A stretch of 64,000 nucleotides of DNA, from sequence record AB897757.1, one strand, 5' to 3'. The DNA is from Klebsiella phage K64-1. Positions 18,042 to 30,119 of the stretch are shown piece by piece (the stretch's first letter is position 1; each line of letters starts with the position of its first letter). The notes beneath the pieces are model-generated. The model saw only the letters and a list, made by a program, of their open reading frames with translations. It was not told the DNA's origin and ran no database searches. The translations under genes and the position numbers were made by a program.

Positions 18042-18356
18042 ATGACTAAAAATGTTAAACTATTCCATGTAAATTCAGTTGGTCCAGTACTGGCAATCAT
18101 CCAACAAGAAACCGCCGAGGCTATTGTTGTGAATGACCCACTACAATTGGGTACAGATGAAAAAGGTGAACTAATGATGATGGATTATCTTGATATGATT
18201 ACTGAACACAAAGCAGTTGTATTTTACAAAAACAACATCATTAGTGTGAGTACTCCAGTACCACAACTGGCTAAACTTTATGTTGAAGCAGTCAAGGGTG
18301 AAGAAGATTCTGCTCCTAAGCTAATCGTCCCTGACAATAAAATTATCACACGTTAA
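18042..18356 (+). CDS. hypothetical protein
   Basis: 104-aa ORF. Confidence 0.45.
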   Translation: MTKNVKLFHVNSVGPVLAIIQQETAEAIVVNDPLQLGTDEKGELMMMDYLDMITEHKAVVFYKNNIISVSTPVPQLAKLYVEAVKGEEDSAPKLIVPDNKIITR

Positions 18357-18376
18357 TATACTAAAAAGGTACAGTT

Positions 18377-18757
18377 ATGTCCAATAAAGAAGCAGTAAAC
18401 ACTATTCAAGCTATTCTGATTATGGCAAATGATCAACCAAACCCAAAAGAACTTGTTATGGCTGGCATGACTGTACTACACCAGTACAACCCAGCTTCAC
18501 CTAATTTTGTAGGTCAAGCAGAAGCAGAAGAATTTAAAAAGCATTGGGACTCGTGGATTAAAAATAATATGGAACAAGTGGTATACGTATGTAACTCAGA
18601 AGAAGACATGGAACAAATCGAGTACCAGGCTAATATGGAATCTATTCCTCTTAGTATTTTCGGTAATGGTGAAAAATGTCTTGTACTTGGACCATTCAGT
18701 GCTGAAGATATTGAACGAGTGACACATGAACTCGTTGAAGGAAGTATTCAGTACTAA
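18377..18757 (+). CDS. hypothetical protein
   Basis: 126-aa ORF. Confidence 0.45.
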   Translation: MSNKEAVNTIQAILIMANDQPNPKELVMAGMTVLHQYNPASPNFVGQAEAEEFKKHWDSWIKNNMEQVVYVCNSEEDMEQIEYQANMESIPLSIFGNGEKCLVLGPFSAEDIERVTHELVEGSIQY

Positions 18758-18814
18758 TACAATTATAATATAGCACCTCTAAATAATGTATATAACATTA
18801 AAATGAGGTGCTAT

Positions 18815-19603
18815 ATGTACGATTATATGGCTGGCAATCCAGATGCTCCAAATTTTGATCACAGAGAGAAAATTAAAGATACTATTACACAAATGCTTGG
18901 TGCAGGTGCTGTAAATGTAGAACTCACTGATGGTCAACTTGAAATTGCAATAGATAATGCAGTGAGTAATTACAGAGCATGGAGTTCTGCATCAAAAGAA
19001 GAAGCATTTTTACATTTAAAAATGTTCGATTCACAGAGTGTTTATGTACTTCCTACTGAAGTTGAAATAGTACATAAAATTTATCGCTACGGAAATGGAT
19101 ATTTAAGTTCTGGACAAGGTTCAGCAACTGACCCTTTTAGTTTAGCATTCACCAATAGTTATGTCCTCCAATCTGCACGAAATGCAGGTGGTTATGATTT
19201 AGCTACTTATGATTTTTCATTCCAATATCAAGAACTTGTCGCCAGAATGTTTGGAAGAGATATTATTTTTCAATTCAATCCAGTAACAAAGAAATTAGTA
19301 CTTGATCGTGATATTCGAGGAAATGAAGAAGTATTAATTCATGTTTTTCAAAACTTACCAGAACCGATGTTATTCCAGAAACAACAATCGTATCCATGGT
19401 TGCGTGATTGGGCTTTATCAGAAGCCATGATCATGTTAGGTAGAAACCGTAATAAATTTGCCACTCTACCCGGTCCACAAGGTACATTTTCAATGGATGG
19501 ACAACAGATGCTCGCAGATGGTCAACAATTGCAACAAGAATTAAAAGAACGATTAAGAAAATACGAAGATGGTTCTCAACCACTTGGTATGATTATTGGA
19601 TAA
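18815..19603 (+). CDS. hypothetical protein (possible virion/tail-associated)
   Basis: The ATG at 18815 (MYDYMAG) has a GAGG Shine-Dalgarno 6 nt upstream. The track start at 18803 would lack a Shine-Dalgarno. It sits upstream of the tail module. Confidence 0.45.
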   Translation: MYDYMAGNPDAPNFDHREKIKDTITQMLGAGAVNVELTDGQLEIAIDNAVSNYRAWSSASKEEAFLHLKMFDSQSVYVLPTEVEIVHKIYRYGNGYLSSGQGSATDPFSLAFTNSYVLQSARNAGGYDLATYDFSFQYQELVARMFGRDIIFQFNPVTKKLVLDRDIRGNEEVLIHVFQNLPEPMLFQKQQSYPWLRDWALSEAMIMLGRNRNKFATLPGPQGTFSMDGQQMLADGQQLQQELKERLRKYEDGSQPLGMIIG

Positions 19604-19617
19604 TTAAAAAAATAAAA

Positions 19618-19657
19618 AAGTACTAATATGGGTTTCTGTATTAGTACTTTTATTTTA
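19618..19657 (+). terminator. rho-independent terminator
   Basis: AAGTACTAATA...TATTAGTACTT hairpin followed by a T-rich run. Confidence 0.65.
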
Positions 19658-19669
19658 TGGTACTAACAA

Positions 19670-21673
19670 ATGACAAATGCAGAATTAAAAGAATTATTAA
19701 ATTGTAAGAACATAAATTCATGGCCTTACTTGTATAAACATGATATTGAAATACGTGATATTCTTTCAATATATAATATAATCCCAAAAACCAATAAAGA
19801 TATTTTTAAATTATTTTACCTATTCATGAATTCATATTCTGAAGAACCAAAAGCTTATTGTGGAAAACCAGCAGTGTATGTTAATTATAAGAATGGGTTT
19901 TATAAAGTATGTTCTGATTTTAATGCAAAAGATAAAAATTCTTGTAAAATTTGTACTGAAATGCGTTACAAATCAAGGACTGAAAATACAAAGAAAAGTA
20001 ATTTGGAAAAATATGGAGTTGAAAATATTTCACAGGTTCAATCCATAAAAGATAAAAAAGAAAAAACATGTATTGAAAAATTTGGTGCAAGTACTAATTT
20101 AAAGACTAAAGAAACCAAAGACAAAATAAAAAATACCAACAGAAAGAAATTCGGTACTGATCATCCTTTGCAAAATACTGATATTTTATTAAAACAGCAA
20201 AATACAAATATAAAACGTTATGGGGTAAAATATCAAGGACAACGTGAAGAAGTAAAGAATAAGATTAAAGAAACAAATTTGAAAATTCGTGGAGTTCCTT
20301 ATGTATTACAGGATGAAAACATTAGGTCAAAGATCAAAGATACTAATATGAAAAAATATGGTGCTTCTTGTATTTTTTCAACACAATATTATAAAGAAAT
20401 AATAATTAATACTAATATTAAAAAATACAATGCATTATATCCAATGCAGAATTCTGATATTCTTAATAAAAGATGTATGACAAATAATAAATTATATGGT
20501 GGTAATTCACCAAGTTGTGATTCTTCAGTACTGAATAAAATGAAGAACACTACACTAGAAAGATATGGTGTTGAATATTATTCCCAAAGCGACGAATATA
20601 AAATTTATATTCAAGATTCATTGTATATGGATAGATATGATATAATTTCAACGAATATTGATTATAATTATATTCCTCTTTTTGATGAAGATGATTTGAT
20701 ATTCAGAACCAACATGGATTTATTACCATTTTGGTGTAATTATTGTGATGATTTATTCTATTCTAAACACAAACAAAATAATATCAAATGTAATTGTCAA
20801 ATAAAACATGGAGTATCTATTAAAGAATTAGAGTTAAGAAATTATATAGTATCGTTAATTCCAGATGAAGATATCATTTTCAATGATCGTACTATTCTTA
20901 ATGGGAAGGAACTTGACATTTATATACCTAATTTGAATTTAGCATTTGAATTTAATGGTATGTATTGGCACAGTAATAATATTATAGACAAAAATATGCA
21001 CCAAAACAAAGTACTACAATGTAAAGAACAAGGTATTAATTTAATTCATGTTTTTGAAGATGAGTGGGATTCCAAAAATGAATTAATTAAAAATCGCATT
21101 AAAAGTAAATTAAATAAATCTCCAAAAATTTATGCAAGAAAATGCACAGTTGGTAATGTCGATAATACTACATACAAAGATTTTTGTAATTTATTTCATA
21201 TTCAGGGTTACACTGAAGCAAAAATCAAAATTGGATTGTATTATGATTATGAACTGGTTGCTGTAATGTCATTTGGAGCACCGAGAAACAAAAGTGATAA
21301 AATTAAATATGAATATGAATTAATTCGTTACTGTTCAGATGGTTCAGTTATTGGTGGTGCTTCAAAAATACTCAAATATTTTGAAAAGAAATATAAACCA
21401 AAATCACTAATGTCATATGCAGATATGAACTGGAGTAATGGAAACTTATATTCAGTACTGGGATTCACTGAAGAGTCATATACCAAACCTGGGTATTTTT
21501 ATTATAACAAAGAAACCAACGAACGAATTTCCAGACAACGTTGTCAAAAACATAAACTGGTTAAATTGGGATATGATAGTAATTTAACTGAAACTACAAT
21601 CTGTTGTGATATTATTGGATATCTAAAAATTTACGATAGTGGTAATTTAAAATACGTTAAAAAATATCAATAA
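19670..21673 (+). CDS. homing-endonuclease-like protein: Zn ribbon + ~9 NUMOD3-like DNA-binding repeats + PD-(D/E)xK nuclease-like domain
   Basis: N-terminal CGKP...CSD...CKIC zinc ribbon. Nine tandem ~24-aa repeats with consensus K(K/R)YG(V/A)..P.Q....K(I)K.TN (NUMOD3-like). C-terminal ELDIYIPNLNLAFEFNGMYWHS matches restriction-endonuclease-like (Vsr/DUF559-type) folds. Confidence 0.6.
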   Translation: MTNAELKELLNCKNINSWPYLYKHDIEIRDILSIYNIIPKTNKDIFKLFYLFMNSYSEEPKAYCGKPAVYVNYKNGFYKVCSDFNAKDKNSCKICTEMRYKSRTENTKKSNLEKYGVENISQVQSIKDKKEKTCIEKFGASTNLKTKETKDKIKNTNRKKFGTDHPLQNTDILLKQQNTNIKRYGVKYQGQREEVKNKIKETNLKIRGVPYVLQDENIRSKIKDTNMKKYGASCIFSTQYYKEIIINTNIKKYNALYPMQNSDILNKRCMTNNKLYGGNSPSCDSSVLNKMKNTTLERYGVEYYSQSDEYKIYIQDSLYMDRYDIISTNIDYNYIPLFDEDDLIFRTNMDLLPFWCNYCDDLFYSKHKQNNIKCNCQIKHGVSIKELELRNYIVSLIPDEDIIFNDRTILNGKELDIYIPNLNLAFEFNGMYWHSNNIIDKNMHQNKVLQCKEQGINLIHVFEDEWDSKNELIKNRIKSKLNKSPKIYARKCTVGNVDNTTYKDFCNLFHIQGYTEAKIKIGLYYDYELVAVMSFGAPRNKSDKIKYEYELIRYCSDGSVIGGASKILKYFEKKYKPKSLMSYADMNWSNGNLYSVLGFTEESYTKPGYFYYNKETNERISRQRCQKHKLVKLGYDSNLTETTICCDIIGYLKIYDSGNLKYVKKYQ

Positions 21674-21697
21674 CTCTTTTCTTAAAAGGATAATTAT

Positions 21698-22324
21698 GTG
21701 AAAAGAAATATAGTTGCAATCAATGGAACAATAGGGAGTGGGAAAGATACTTTTGCACAAGCATTTATTGACAATGGATACACGAGATTATCTTTTGCCA
21801 AAAATCTAAAAGATACTGTATCAGCAATATTTGGATGGGATCGTGAAATGCTCGAAGGTACAACACCAGAAAGTAGAAAAATTCGTGAAATGGTTGATCC
21901 CTACTGGTGTGAAAAATTAGGACGAAATGATGTTTCTCCGAGATGGGTGCTGCAAAATTTTGGTACAAATGTACTTCGTAAGCATTTCCATGATAACATT
22001 TGGGTTTTTAGTTTAGAAAAAACAATGAACCAAATAGAAGGTAACATTATTATTACTGATTGTAGATTTCCTAATGAACTTGAAATGATTCGTAAAAATA
22101 ATGGAATAGTTATTGAAGTACAAAGAACAATTCCATATTGGTATGGTTTGGCATCAGAATACAATAAAGGATTTATTAATATGCTACCAGTTGAACTGGA
22201 AGATATTCATGAATCAGAATGGAAATGGATTGGTGTAAACGAACCAGATTATGTTGTAAAAAATACAGAAACCCTTCAATCTCTTCAGGATAAAGCATTA
22301 AAAATTATTTCATTAATGAAATAA
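21698..22324 (+). CDS. deoxynucleoside monophosphate kinase (T4 gp1-like)
   Basis: P-loop VAINGTIGSGKDTFA (compare T4 gp1 LSGVKRSGKDTTA). ~208 aa. GTG start with an AAAAGGA Shine-Dalgarno. Confidence 0.7.
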   Translation: MKRNIVAINGTIGSGKDTFAQAFIDNGYTRLSFAKNLKDTVSAIFGWDREMLEGTTPESRKIREMVDPYWCEKLGRNDVSPRWVLQNFGTNVLRKHFHDNIWVFSLEKTMNQIEGNIIITDCRFPNELEMIRKNNGIVIEVQRTIPYWYGLASEYNKGFINMLPVELEDIHESEWKWIGVNEPDYVVKNTETLQSLQDKALKIISLMK

Positions 22325-22354
22325 TTTTCTCATTTCTAACATCCCTCATTAATC

Positions 22355-22368
22355 CTCCAATAAATAAT
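22355..22368 (+). promoter_or_regulatory. candidate late promoter motif CTCCAATAAATAAT
   Basis: A/T-rich TATAAATA-like element about 55 nt upstream of the sheath ATG. A near-identical 13-mer sits upstream of tube gene 1. Confidence 0.35.
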
Positions 22369-22419
22369 ACTATACGAGAATAATCGAATAGAACCAAATT
22401 ATTTTTGGAGGATTTTTTT

Positions 22420-25086
22420 ATGGCAGATTTAATCAGCCCAGGAGTTGACGTACAGATTACTGATGAAAGCATTAGTACTGCATCCACTCCAGGAACTGTA
22501 CCCCTATTTGTTTTAGCCACTGCTCAAGATAAATTAGTACCGGGATCAACTTCAATTGCATCCGCTACAACTCAAGCGAATGCTAATACACTACAACTAG
22601 TAACATCACAGAAAAATGTACTTGATCTGTTTGGTACTCCAGTTTTTCAGGTTGACAGCACCGGAAGCGTAGTTCAGGGTGATGAACTAAATGAATATGG
22701 TTTACATGCAGTATATTCCTATATGGGAATTTCTAACCGTGCATATGTTGTACGTGCAGATCTCGATCTAGCACAACTATCACCAAGATCAACTGCTCCA
22801 ACTGGCCCAGTTTCTAACGGTACCCTTTGGTTAGATATGACTTCTTCTCAAGTAGAAGCTTATATTGCTAAAGTGGAAAACCCATCAAGTTTCCATGACT
22901 GGGAATTAAAAACAGTACATATGGTAACTGCTGAGGATGTTGATGATGTTGATACTACAGAATATAATATTGACGATTTGGTATTGCGTTTTAAACCAAG
23001 TAATGGTCAATTTTTAATGTATAAACTGGAAGTACAAGGTCTGGTGCAACCAAACACCATTCTTTCACTAATCAATAAAGTACCTACTGGTGCAAATATT
23101 TCTGTTGGTGATGTGTGGATCCGTGATGGTTATACACAAAATGGTTCCAATTATTTTGGTACTCGTTTTGTAATTAAACGTTATATGTCACTTACTGGTG
23201 TATGGACTGTAGTACCAACTTATACAGGTAACAACTTCGCTGAAATCGAATCTAAGAGTGGTGTTTTCAATACAAGTTATATTGCATCTCGATTTGATTT
23301 AGATAGTAATAGTTTTTCTTTTTATCTACAGAGTGGAAAAACAGTATCACAAAATAGTCCTGCTGTTCCAGTCGGTGAACTAACTCCGACCACTGCTACT
23401 CAAATTTCATATTTAACTTTCTCTTATCTGGATAAAGTTACAAAACTTGTAGCAGTTAAACAAGGTGAAACAATTAATACCGCAACAATAATTAGTAATA
23501 TTTCTTCAAGTAAAGATATGGCTAATGCAGGTTTTAGTTTTGTCCGAGATTCAAATGGTGCTCTGGTTGTTAGCAACAAAAATGGCTATAGTTTCAAGAC
23601 TACTCAAACTGGTGATGTACTATTCAGTAATACTGAATTTGCTAAACTATCAGTTGTTGAAAGTTCAAACTATTCTATTCTGAATCCTAATAATTTCAAA
23701 GGCAACACTGATACCCCAACCAGTATTGCTAAAGATGGTACTTATTGGTATGATTTTTCCAATAGTGATAACTTGACTGTTACTATGTATACCGCTGATT
23801 ATGCAACTGATTCATGGAAACTTGTTGACAGTTCTAATCAATATGTACAAGTCGATGAACCCACTGCTGATCGTGAATTCTGGGTACTACCACTTTCACA
23901 AGGCGTTGATGGTTATGTTTTCTATCGTAACATCAACGGTTCATGGGTTAAACTTGATACTACGGATCAAAGTACCCTTAACGGCATGATTTTCGAAGAT
24001 TTTAACTTCCCTGATACTGTACCAGCACCAGAATTATATCAAAACTCTATGCTCGCTATCGACATGGGTAATACTGAAGGTGTTGTAAAGAAAATGGAAG
24101 ATGGCGAATGGCACGTAGTTAGTGGTACTAACCTAAGTGGTAGTGGTCTTTTCGGTCGTGCCGCACAACGTCAAATTGTTGTACAAGCACTTCAAGCAGT
24201 ACTGGTAGGTAATGAAGATATTCGTTCTGAATGGATTAGCTATAACCTAATCTGTGTTCCTGGATATGTTGAAACACTGGATGAATGCGTGACTCTTAAC
24301 GTAGATCGTAAAGAAACTGCGTTCATTATTACTGATGTTCCAGCACGATTAGATCCAACTGGTAATGGTAATGATGTACAAGCATGGGCCAGCAATGCAA
24401 ATAATGCGGCTAGTAATGGTGACGTTGGTCGTACAACCACTTATGACTATGCTGCTGAATACATGGGATGGTGCCTGAGTACTAACGTTGACGGTACTGA
24501 AATTGCAGTTCCTGGTAGTACAATAGCAATGCGTACTATTGCTTATAGTGATAGCATCAGTCATGTTTGGAACCCACCTGCGGGTACTTCAAACGGGGTT
24601 GTTACCAATGCAAGTTCTGTTGGTTTTATTAACTCAGAAGGTGAATATCAATCCGTTCAGTACTCTGAAGGACAACGTGATGTGATGTACTCAAACAATA
24701 TTAACCCTATTGCTATGCGTCCAACTCGCGGTCTTCTAATTTGGGGTCAAAAAACACTAAGTGCTGACAGTACTTCTGCACTAAGTCGTGTTAATGTCGC
24801 TCGTCTGATGTGTTATATTCGCAAACAAGTTGCTATCATTGCTGAACCATTCCTATTCCGACTGAATACACCAAGTACTCGTCAGGAATTCACTGGTGTG
24901 ATGAATGCATTCTTCAGTGAATTAGTGCAAAATAATGCACTATATGATTTTACTGTAGTGTGTGATGAGAGTAATAACACCTCCGCCCGTATCGACCGTA
25001 ACGAACTGTGGTGTGATATTGCAGTACAACCAGTGCGAGCAATTGAATTCATCTATATTCCAATTCGTATTGAAAACACTCAATAA
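22420..25086 (+). CDS. tail sheath protein
   Basis: 889 aa from the ATG at 22420 (MADLISPGVDVQ...), which has a GGAGGA Shine-Dalgarno. The N-terminal LISPGV motif and large size are typical of contractile-tail sheaths. Tube genes follow immediately. Confidence 0.8.
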   Translation: MADLISPGVDVQITDESISTASTPGTVPLFVLATAQDKLVPGSTSIASATTQANANTLQLVTSQKNVLDLFGTPVFQVDSTGSVVQGDELNEYGLHAVYSYMGISNRAYVVRADLDLAQLSPRSTAPTGPVSNGTLWLDMTSSQVEAYIAKVENPSSFHDWELKTVHMVTAEDVDDVDTTEYNIDDLVLRFKPSNGQFLMYKLEVQGLVQPNTILSLINKVPTGANISVGDVWIRDGYTQNGSNYFGTRFVIKRYMSLTGVWTVVPTYTGNNFAEIESKSGVFNTSYIASRFDLDSNSFSFYLQSGKTVSQNSPAVPVGELTPTTATQISYLTFSYLDKVTKLVAVKQGETINTATIISNISSSKDMANAGFSFVRDSNGALVVSNKNGYSFKTTQTGDVLFSNTEFAKLSVVESSNYSILNPNNFKGNTDTPTSIAKDGTYWYDFSNSDNLTVTMYTADYATDSWKLVDSSNQYVQVDEPTADREFWVLPLSQGVDGYVFYRNINGSWVKLDTTDQSTLNGMIFEDFNFPDTVPAPELYQNSMLAIDMGNTEGVVKKMEDGEWHVVSGTNLSGSGLFGRAAQRQIVVQALQAVLVGNEDIRSEWISYNLICVPGYVETLDECVTLNVDRKETAFIITDVPARLDPTGNGNDVQAWASNANNAASNGDVGRTTTYDYAAEYMGWCLSTNVDGTEIAVPGSTIAMRTIAYSDSISHVWNPPAGTSNGVVTNASSVGFINSEGEYQSVQYSEGQRDVMYSNNINPIAMRPTRGLLIWGQKTLSADSTSALSRVNVARLMCYIRKQVAIIAEPFLFRLNTPSTRQEFTGVMNAFFSELVQNNALYDFTVVCDESNNTSARIDRNELWCDIAVQPVRAIEFIYIPIRIENTQ

Positions 25087-25095
25087 TACAAAAAA

Positions 25096-25120
25096 GGGAA
25101 CTTTCGAGTTCCCTTTTTAT
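25096..25120 (+). terminator. rho-independent terminator
   Basis: GGGAACT-ttcg-AGTTCCC hairpin followed by TTTTT. Confidence 0.7.
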
Positions 25121-25150
25121 TTTATAAGTTAGTACAGGTTGTGGTTATTT

Positions 25151-25165
25151 CTCCAATAAATAAAT
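25151..25165 (+). promoter_or_regulatory. candidate late promoter motif CTCCAATAAATAAAT
   Basis: Same 13-mer as upstream of the sheath, about 43 nt upstream of the ATG. Confidence 0.35.
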
Positions 25166-25205
25166 ATAAAGAGAATTATATATTCCTTAGTGGAGAAATT
25201 ATAAT

Positions 25206-25889
25206 ATGGCGACAATGCTTGATAAGTATGGCGTACCCATTAGTGGTGGCGGCAATATGATGAAAAGCCCTAAACCAAAATATCGATACAGAGTTATCTT
25301 TTTTGGTTTTGGTGCAAACGACGATGGTAACATGATTACCCTTGATACCAATACCGTCGGTGCAGTTAGTGTATCACATGAAAATGTAACTGTTCATAGT
25401 TATAACTCAAGTGCACATTACAAAGGGAAATATTCATGGAACACAATTGAAGTTGCATTTCGTGATTCTGTTGGTAATGACAGTGCTAAAGCAGTTTATA
25501 ACCAAATGCGTAAAGAGTTTAACTATTATACTCAGGAATCACGCACTTCTGATTCACAATTTAAATTCGAAATGTGGATTCAGGAACTGGATGGTAGTAA
25601 CTCATCTGAACGTACCAATTTATTTCAGGGTACTCTGAGTACTTGGGTTTGTCAGGGTTGTTTTATTACTGAAACCAACTTTGGTGAATGGGATTATTCC
25701 AGTTCTGATCCACAAGTTATTACCATGACAGTTCAACCAGATGGTTGTGCTAAACTTGGGCCTACTGGTCTTCCATTCGGTGATGAAGTTTCCGGTAATG
25801 GTACTCCAGAAGGTGCTTCTTCTATTAGTGGTGCACAAACAGTCATTAATGAAACATCTATAACTGATAGTAACTTCTATACTTCATAA
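25206..25889 (+). CDS. tail tube protein (paralog 1)
   Basis: Lies immediately downstream of the sheath. Shares N-terminal MA(T/D)ML(D/S)KYGVP, RDS(V/I)GNDSAKAV and C.GC.IT(E/D) motifs with the next gene. Confidence 0.55.
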   Translation: MATMLDKYGVPISGGGNMMKSPKPKYRYRVIFFGFGANDDGNMITLDTNTVGAVSVSHENVTVHSYNSSAHYKGKYSWNTIEVAFRDSVGNDSAKAVYNQMRKEFNYYTQESRTSDSQFKFEMWIQELDGSNSSERTNLFQGTLSTWVCQGCFITETNFGEWDYSSSDPQVITMTVQPDGCAKLGPTGLPFGDEVSGNGTPEGASSISGAQTVINETSITDSNFYTS

Positions 25890-25938
25890 TTTATTTGATA
25901 AATAATAAAGTATGTTTCATATAACTTCCTTGTAAACA

Positions 25939-25975
25939 AAAGCTCCGATGCTAAAAACGTCGGAGCTTTTTTTGT
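25939..25975 (+). terminator. rho-independent terminator
   Basis: AGCTCCGA...TCGGAGCT hairpin followed by T7. Confidence 0.7.
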
Positions 25976-26029
25976 TTATTATATTCGCTAAATAATAGAT
26001 AAAACCTAATATAATACAGAGGTTAAAGT

Positions 26030-26803
26030 ATGGCTGATATGCTATCCAAATACGGTGTACCTATGCCGAGTGGTAAAAACAAAACTATGCTACAACCTAA
26101 AGCACAATATAAATTCAGAGTTATTGTATACAATTTCGGTACAGAAATTGATGAACGAGATCATATTGCTTTAGATGTTGACAAAGTTGACAGACCAAGT
26201 ATTTCATTTTCAACACATAAATTATATCAGTTCACGACTAACACATCCTATATCGGTAGTTATGACTGGAAAGAAATTAAATTAACAATCAGGGATTCGA
26301 TTGGTAATGACAGTGCTAAAGCAGTATCAAGACAATTACAAAAACAAAAAGATTTTCAACGAAGAATTACTTCTAAATCAGAACAGGATTATGCTGGATA
26401 TAAATTCGGTATGATTATTCAGATGCTAAATGGGCGAAACTACGATGATAGTCTAGAATCATTGGGTAGGAATACTGCCACCAGTGTAGCTAGTGCAGTT
26501 ACAAATAATACTGGACTGGTTAATGCAATTGATAAATTTATCGGTGGTTCTACTTATAACACATCAGGTGTAATGGAATATTTTGTATGCACTGGGTGTA
26601 TTATCACTGATATAAGTTATGACTCACTTGATTATGGGTCAAGTTCACCAGTTACTATGCAACTTACTATTAAACCAGATAGCTGTCTACAATTCGATGA
26701 TATAGAAGAAATGTATAAAGTTAGAATTAGTTCACTTCTCCCAGATAGTGTTAATCAGGGTCTTGATATTTTAGATCGTGTACTCGGTAGTACTGGAATT
26801 TAA
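26030..26803 (+). CDS. tail tube protein (paralog 2)
   Basis: Paralogue of 25206..25889, sharing the same N- and C-terminal motifs. It has its own upstream A/T-rich promoter-like region (CTAAATAAT, TAATATAAT). Confidence 0.55.
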   Translation: MADMLSKYGVPMPSGKNKTMLQPKAQYKFRVIVYNFGTEIDERDHIALDVDKVDRPSISFSTHKLYQFTTNTSYIGSYDWKEIKLTIRDSIGNDSAKAVSRQLQKQKDFQRRITSKSEQDYAGYKFGMIIQMLNGRNYDDSLESLGRNTATSVASAVTNNTGLVNAIDKFIGGSTYNTSGVMEYFVCTGCIITDISYDSLDYGSSSPVTMQLTIKPDSCLQFDDIEEMYKVRISSLLPDSVNQGLDILDRVLGSTGI

Positions 26804-26812
26804 GGAGAATAT

Positions 26813-28972
<2,160 letters not shown>

Positions 28973-29009
28973 ATTAAACGACAACTTTATATTAATTTTG
29001 GAGTTATTA

Positions 29010-29558
29010 ATGATTAATTTACAAAAAATTCTCACCGATAATAAGCCTGTATATGAATACAGGATTAAATTTGCAACTGAACCGAGTACTGAAGACTTGA
29101 GTAAAATTACTCAACGACTTACAGATCGTTATGATGCATTTGAAATTGGTGCAGTTAAGAAAACTATTTTTATGGATAAACCACTTGATTTTTATGATAT
29201 GGATTGTGGTGAAATCTGGATGTTTGATTTTAAATGTAATCGTGGAGTACAAACCAATGTTCTTACTTATGAAATTGGTAATCTTCTGAGTATGAGTGAA
29301 GCACTAATTCGAGTGCGTAGTAAAGATTCACCAACTCAAATTGAAATGTCAATTAGTGAAGATGACATTGATTTTGATACAGTAGAAGTAATTGGCGTTG
29401 ATGTAGGTGCGGCTGTTGATAGTACTGGAATTGCTGGTCAGGAACGTGCAGATCAAGCAGTGAAAGATTCACTTAAAGCATCTGAAGAAGTAAGGGGAGC
29501 ACACAAAAAAGATAAGTACACTCACTATATGAGTGCGGCTTTTGGTAATAAGGAATAA
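29010..29558 (+). CDS. hypothetical protein
   Basis: The ATG at 29010 (MINLQKIL) has a GGAG Shine-Dalgarno and is in the same frame as the track ORF 28938. Confidence 0.4.
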   Translation: MINLQKILTDNKPVYEYRIKFATEPSTEDLSKITQRLTDRYDAFEIGAVKKTIFMDKPLDFYDMDCGEIWMFDFKCNRGVQTNVLTYEIGNLLSMSEALIRVRSKDSPTQIEMSISEDDIDFDTVEVIGVDVGAAVDSTGIAGQERADQAVKDSLKASEEVRGAHKKDKYTHYMSAAFGNKE

Positions 29559-29562
29559 TAAT

Positions 29563-30108
29563 ATGAGTTTATTTGATGAAGTAATTACACATAATACCGA
29601 ACTTCAAGAAGACCGTCCATATAGCCGCACACAGGGTGCTATTGATGCTGCTAAAGGTAAAGTCAAAGGTATGTTTGGCTCGGGTCAGGTAGAGCAAGGT
29701 GCACAAGAAGTTGGTGCAGAAGCTAACAAGTACTGGAACGAATTTAAACGCTATATTGGTAGAAAATATGGTAAATCCCAAAGTACGGTTCCATATAGTG
29801 ATGTTGAAGAGTTCTTTAAAGGGAATAATCTTGATACTAAGTTTCTTGGTAACAACAATCGTCGTTCATTTACTCCCAAAGATGTAGGTAATGCACTATT
29901 ACAGGCAGTTCGTCAGGAAATGAATGATTATAAAAAACAGGAAGAACCAAAACAAGAACAACCAAAACAACAGGATGACACTACTACACAAGAACGTCCT
30001 TCTACTGGTTCAGATCAGGGACAACCGGGTTCGTCTGATTCTCTAAATAATGAAATACAGAGACTTACGCCAGCAGAACGCAGTCAATTACTTTCCCTGC
30101 TGGCATAA
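29563..30108 (+). CDS. hypothetical Gln-rich protein
   Basis: The ATG at 29563 (MSLFDEV) has an AAGGAA Shine-Dalgarno. Confidence 0.4.
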   Translation: MSLFDEVITHNTELQEDRPYSRTQGAIDAAKGKVKGMFGSGQVEQGAQEVGAEANKYWNEFKRYIGRKYGKSQSTVPYSDVEEFFKGNNLDTKFLGNNNRRSFTPKDVGNALLQAVRQEMNDYKKQEEPKQEQPKQQDDTTTQERPSTGSDQGQPGSSDSLNNEIQRLTPAERSQLLSLLA

Positions 30109-30119
30109 GAGGTGATTGA

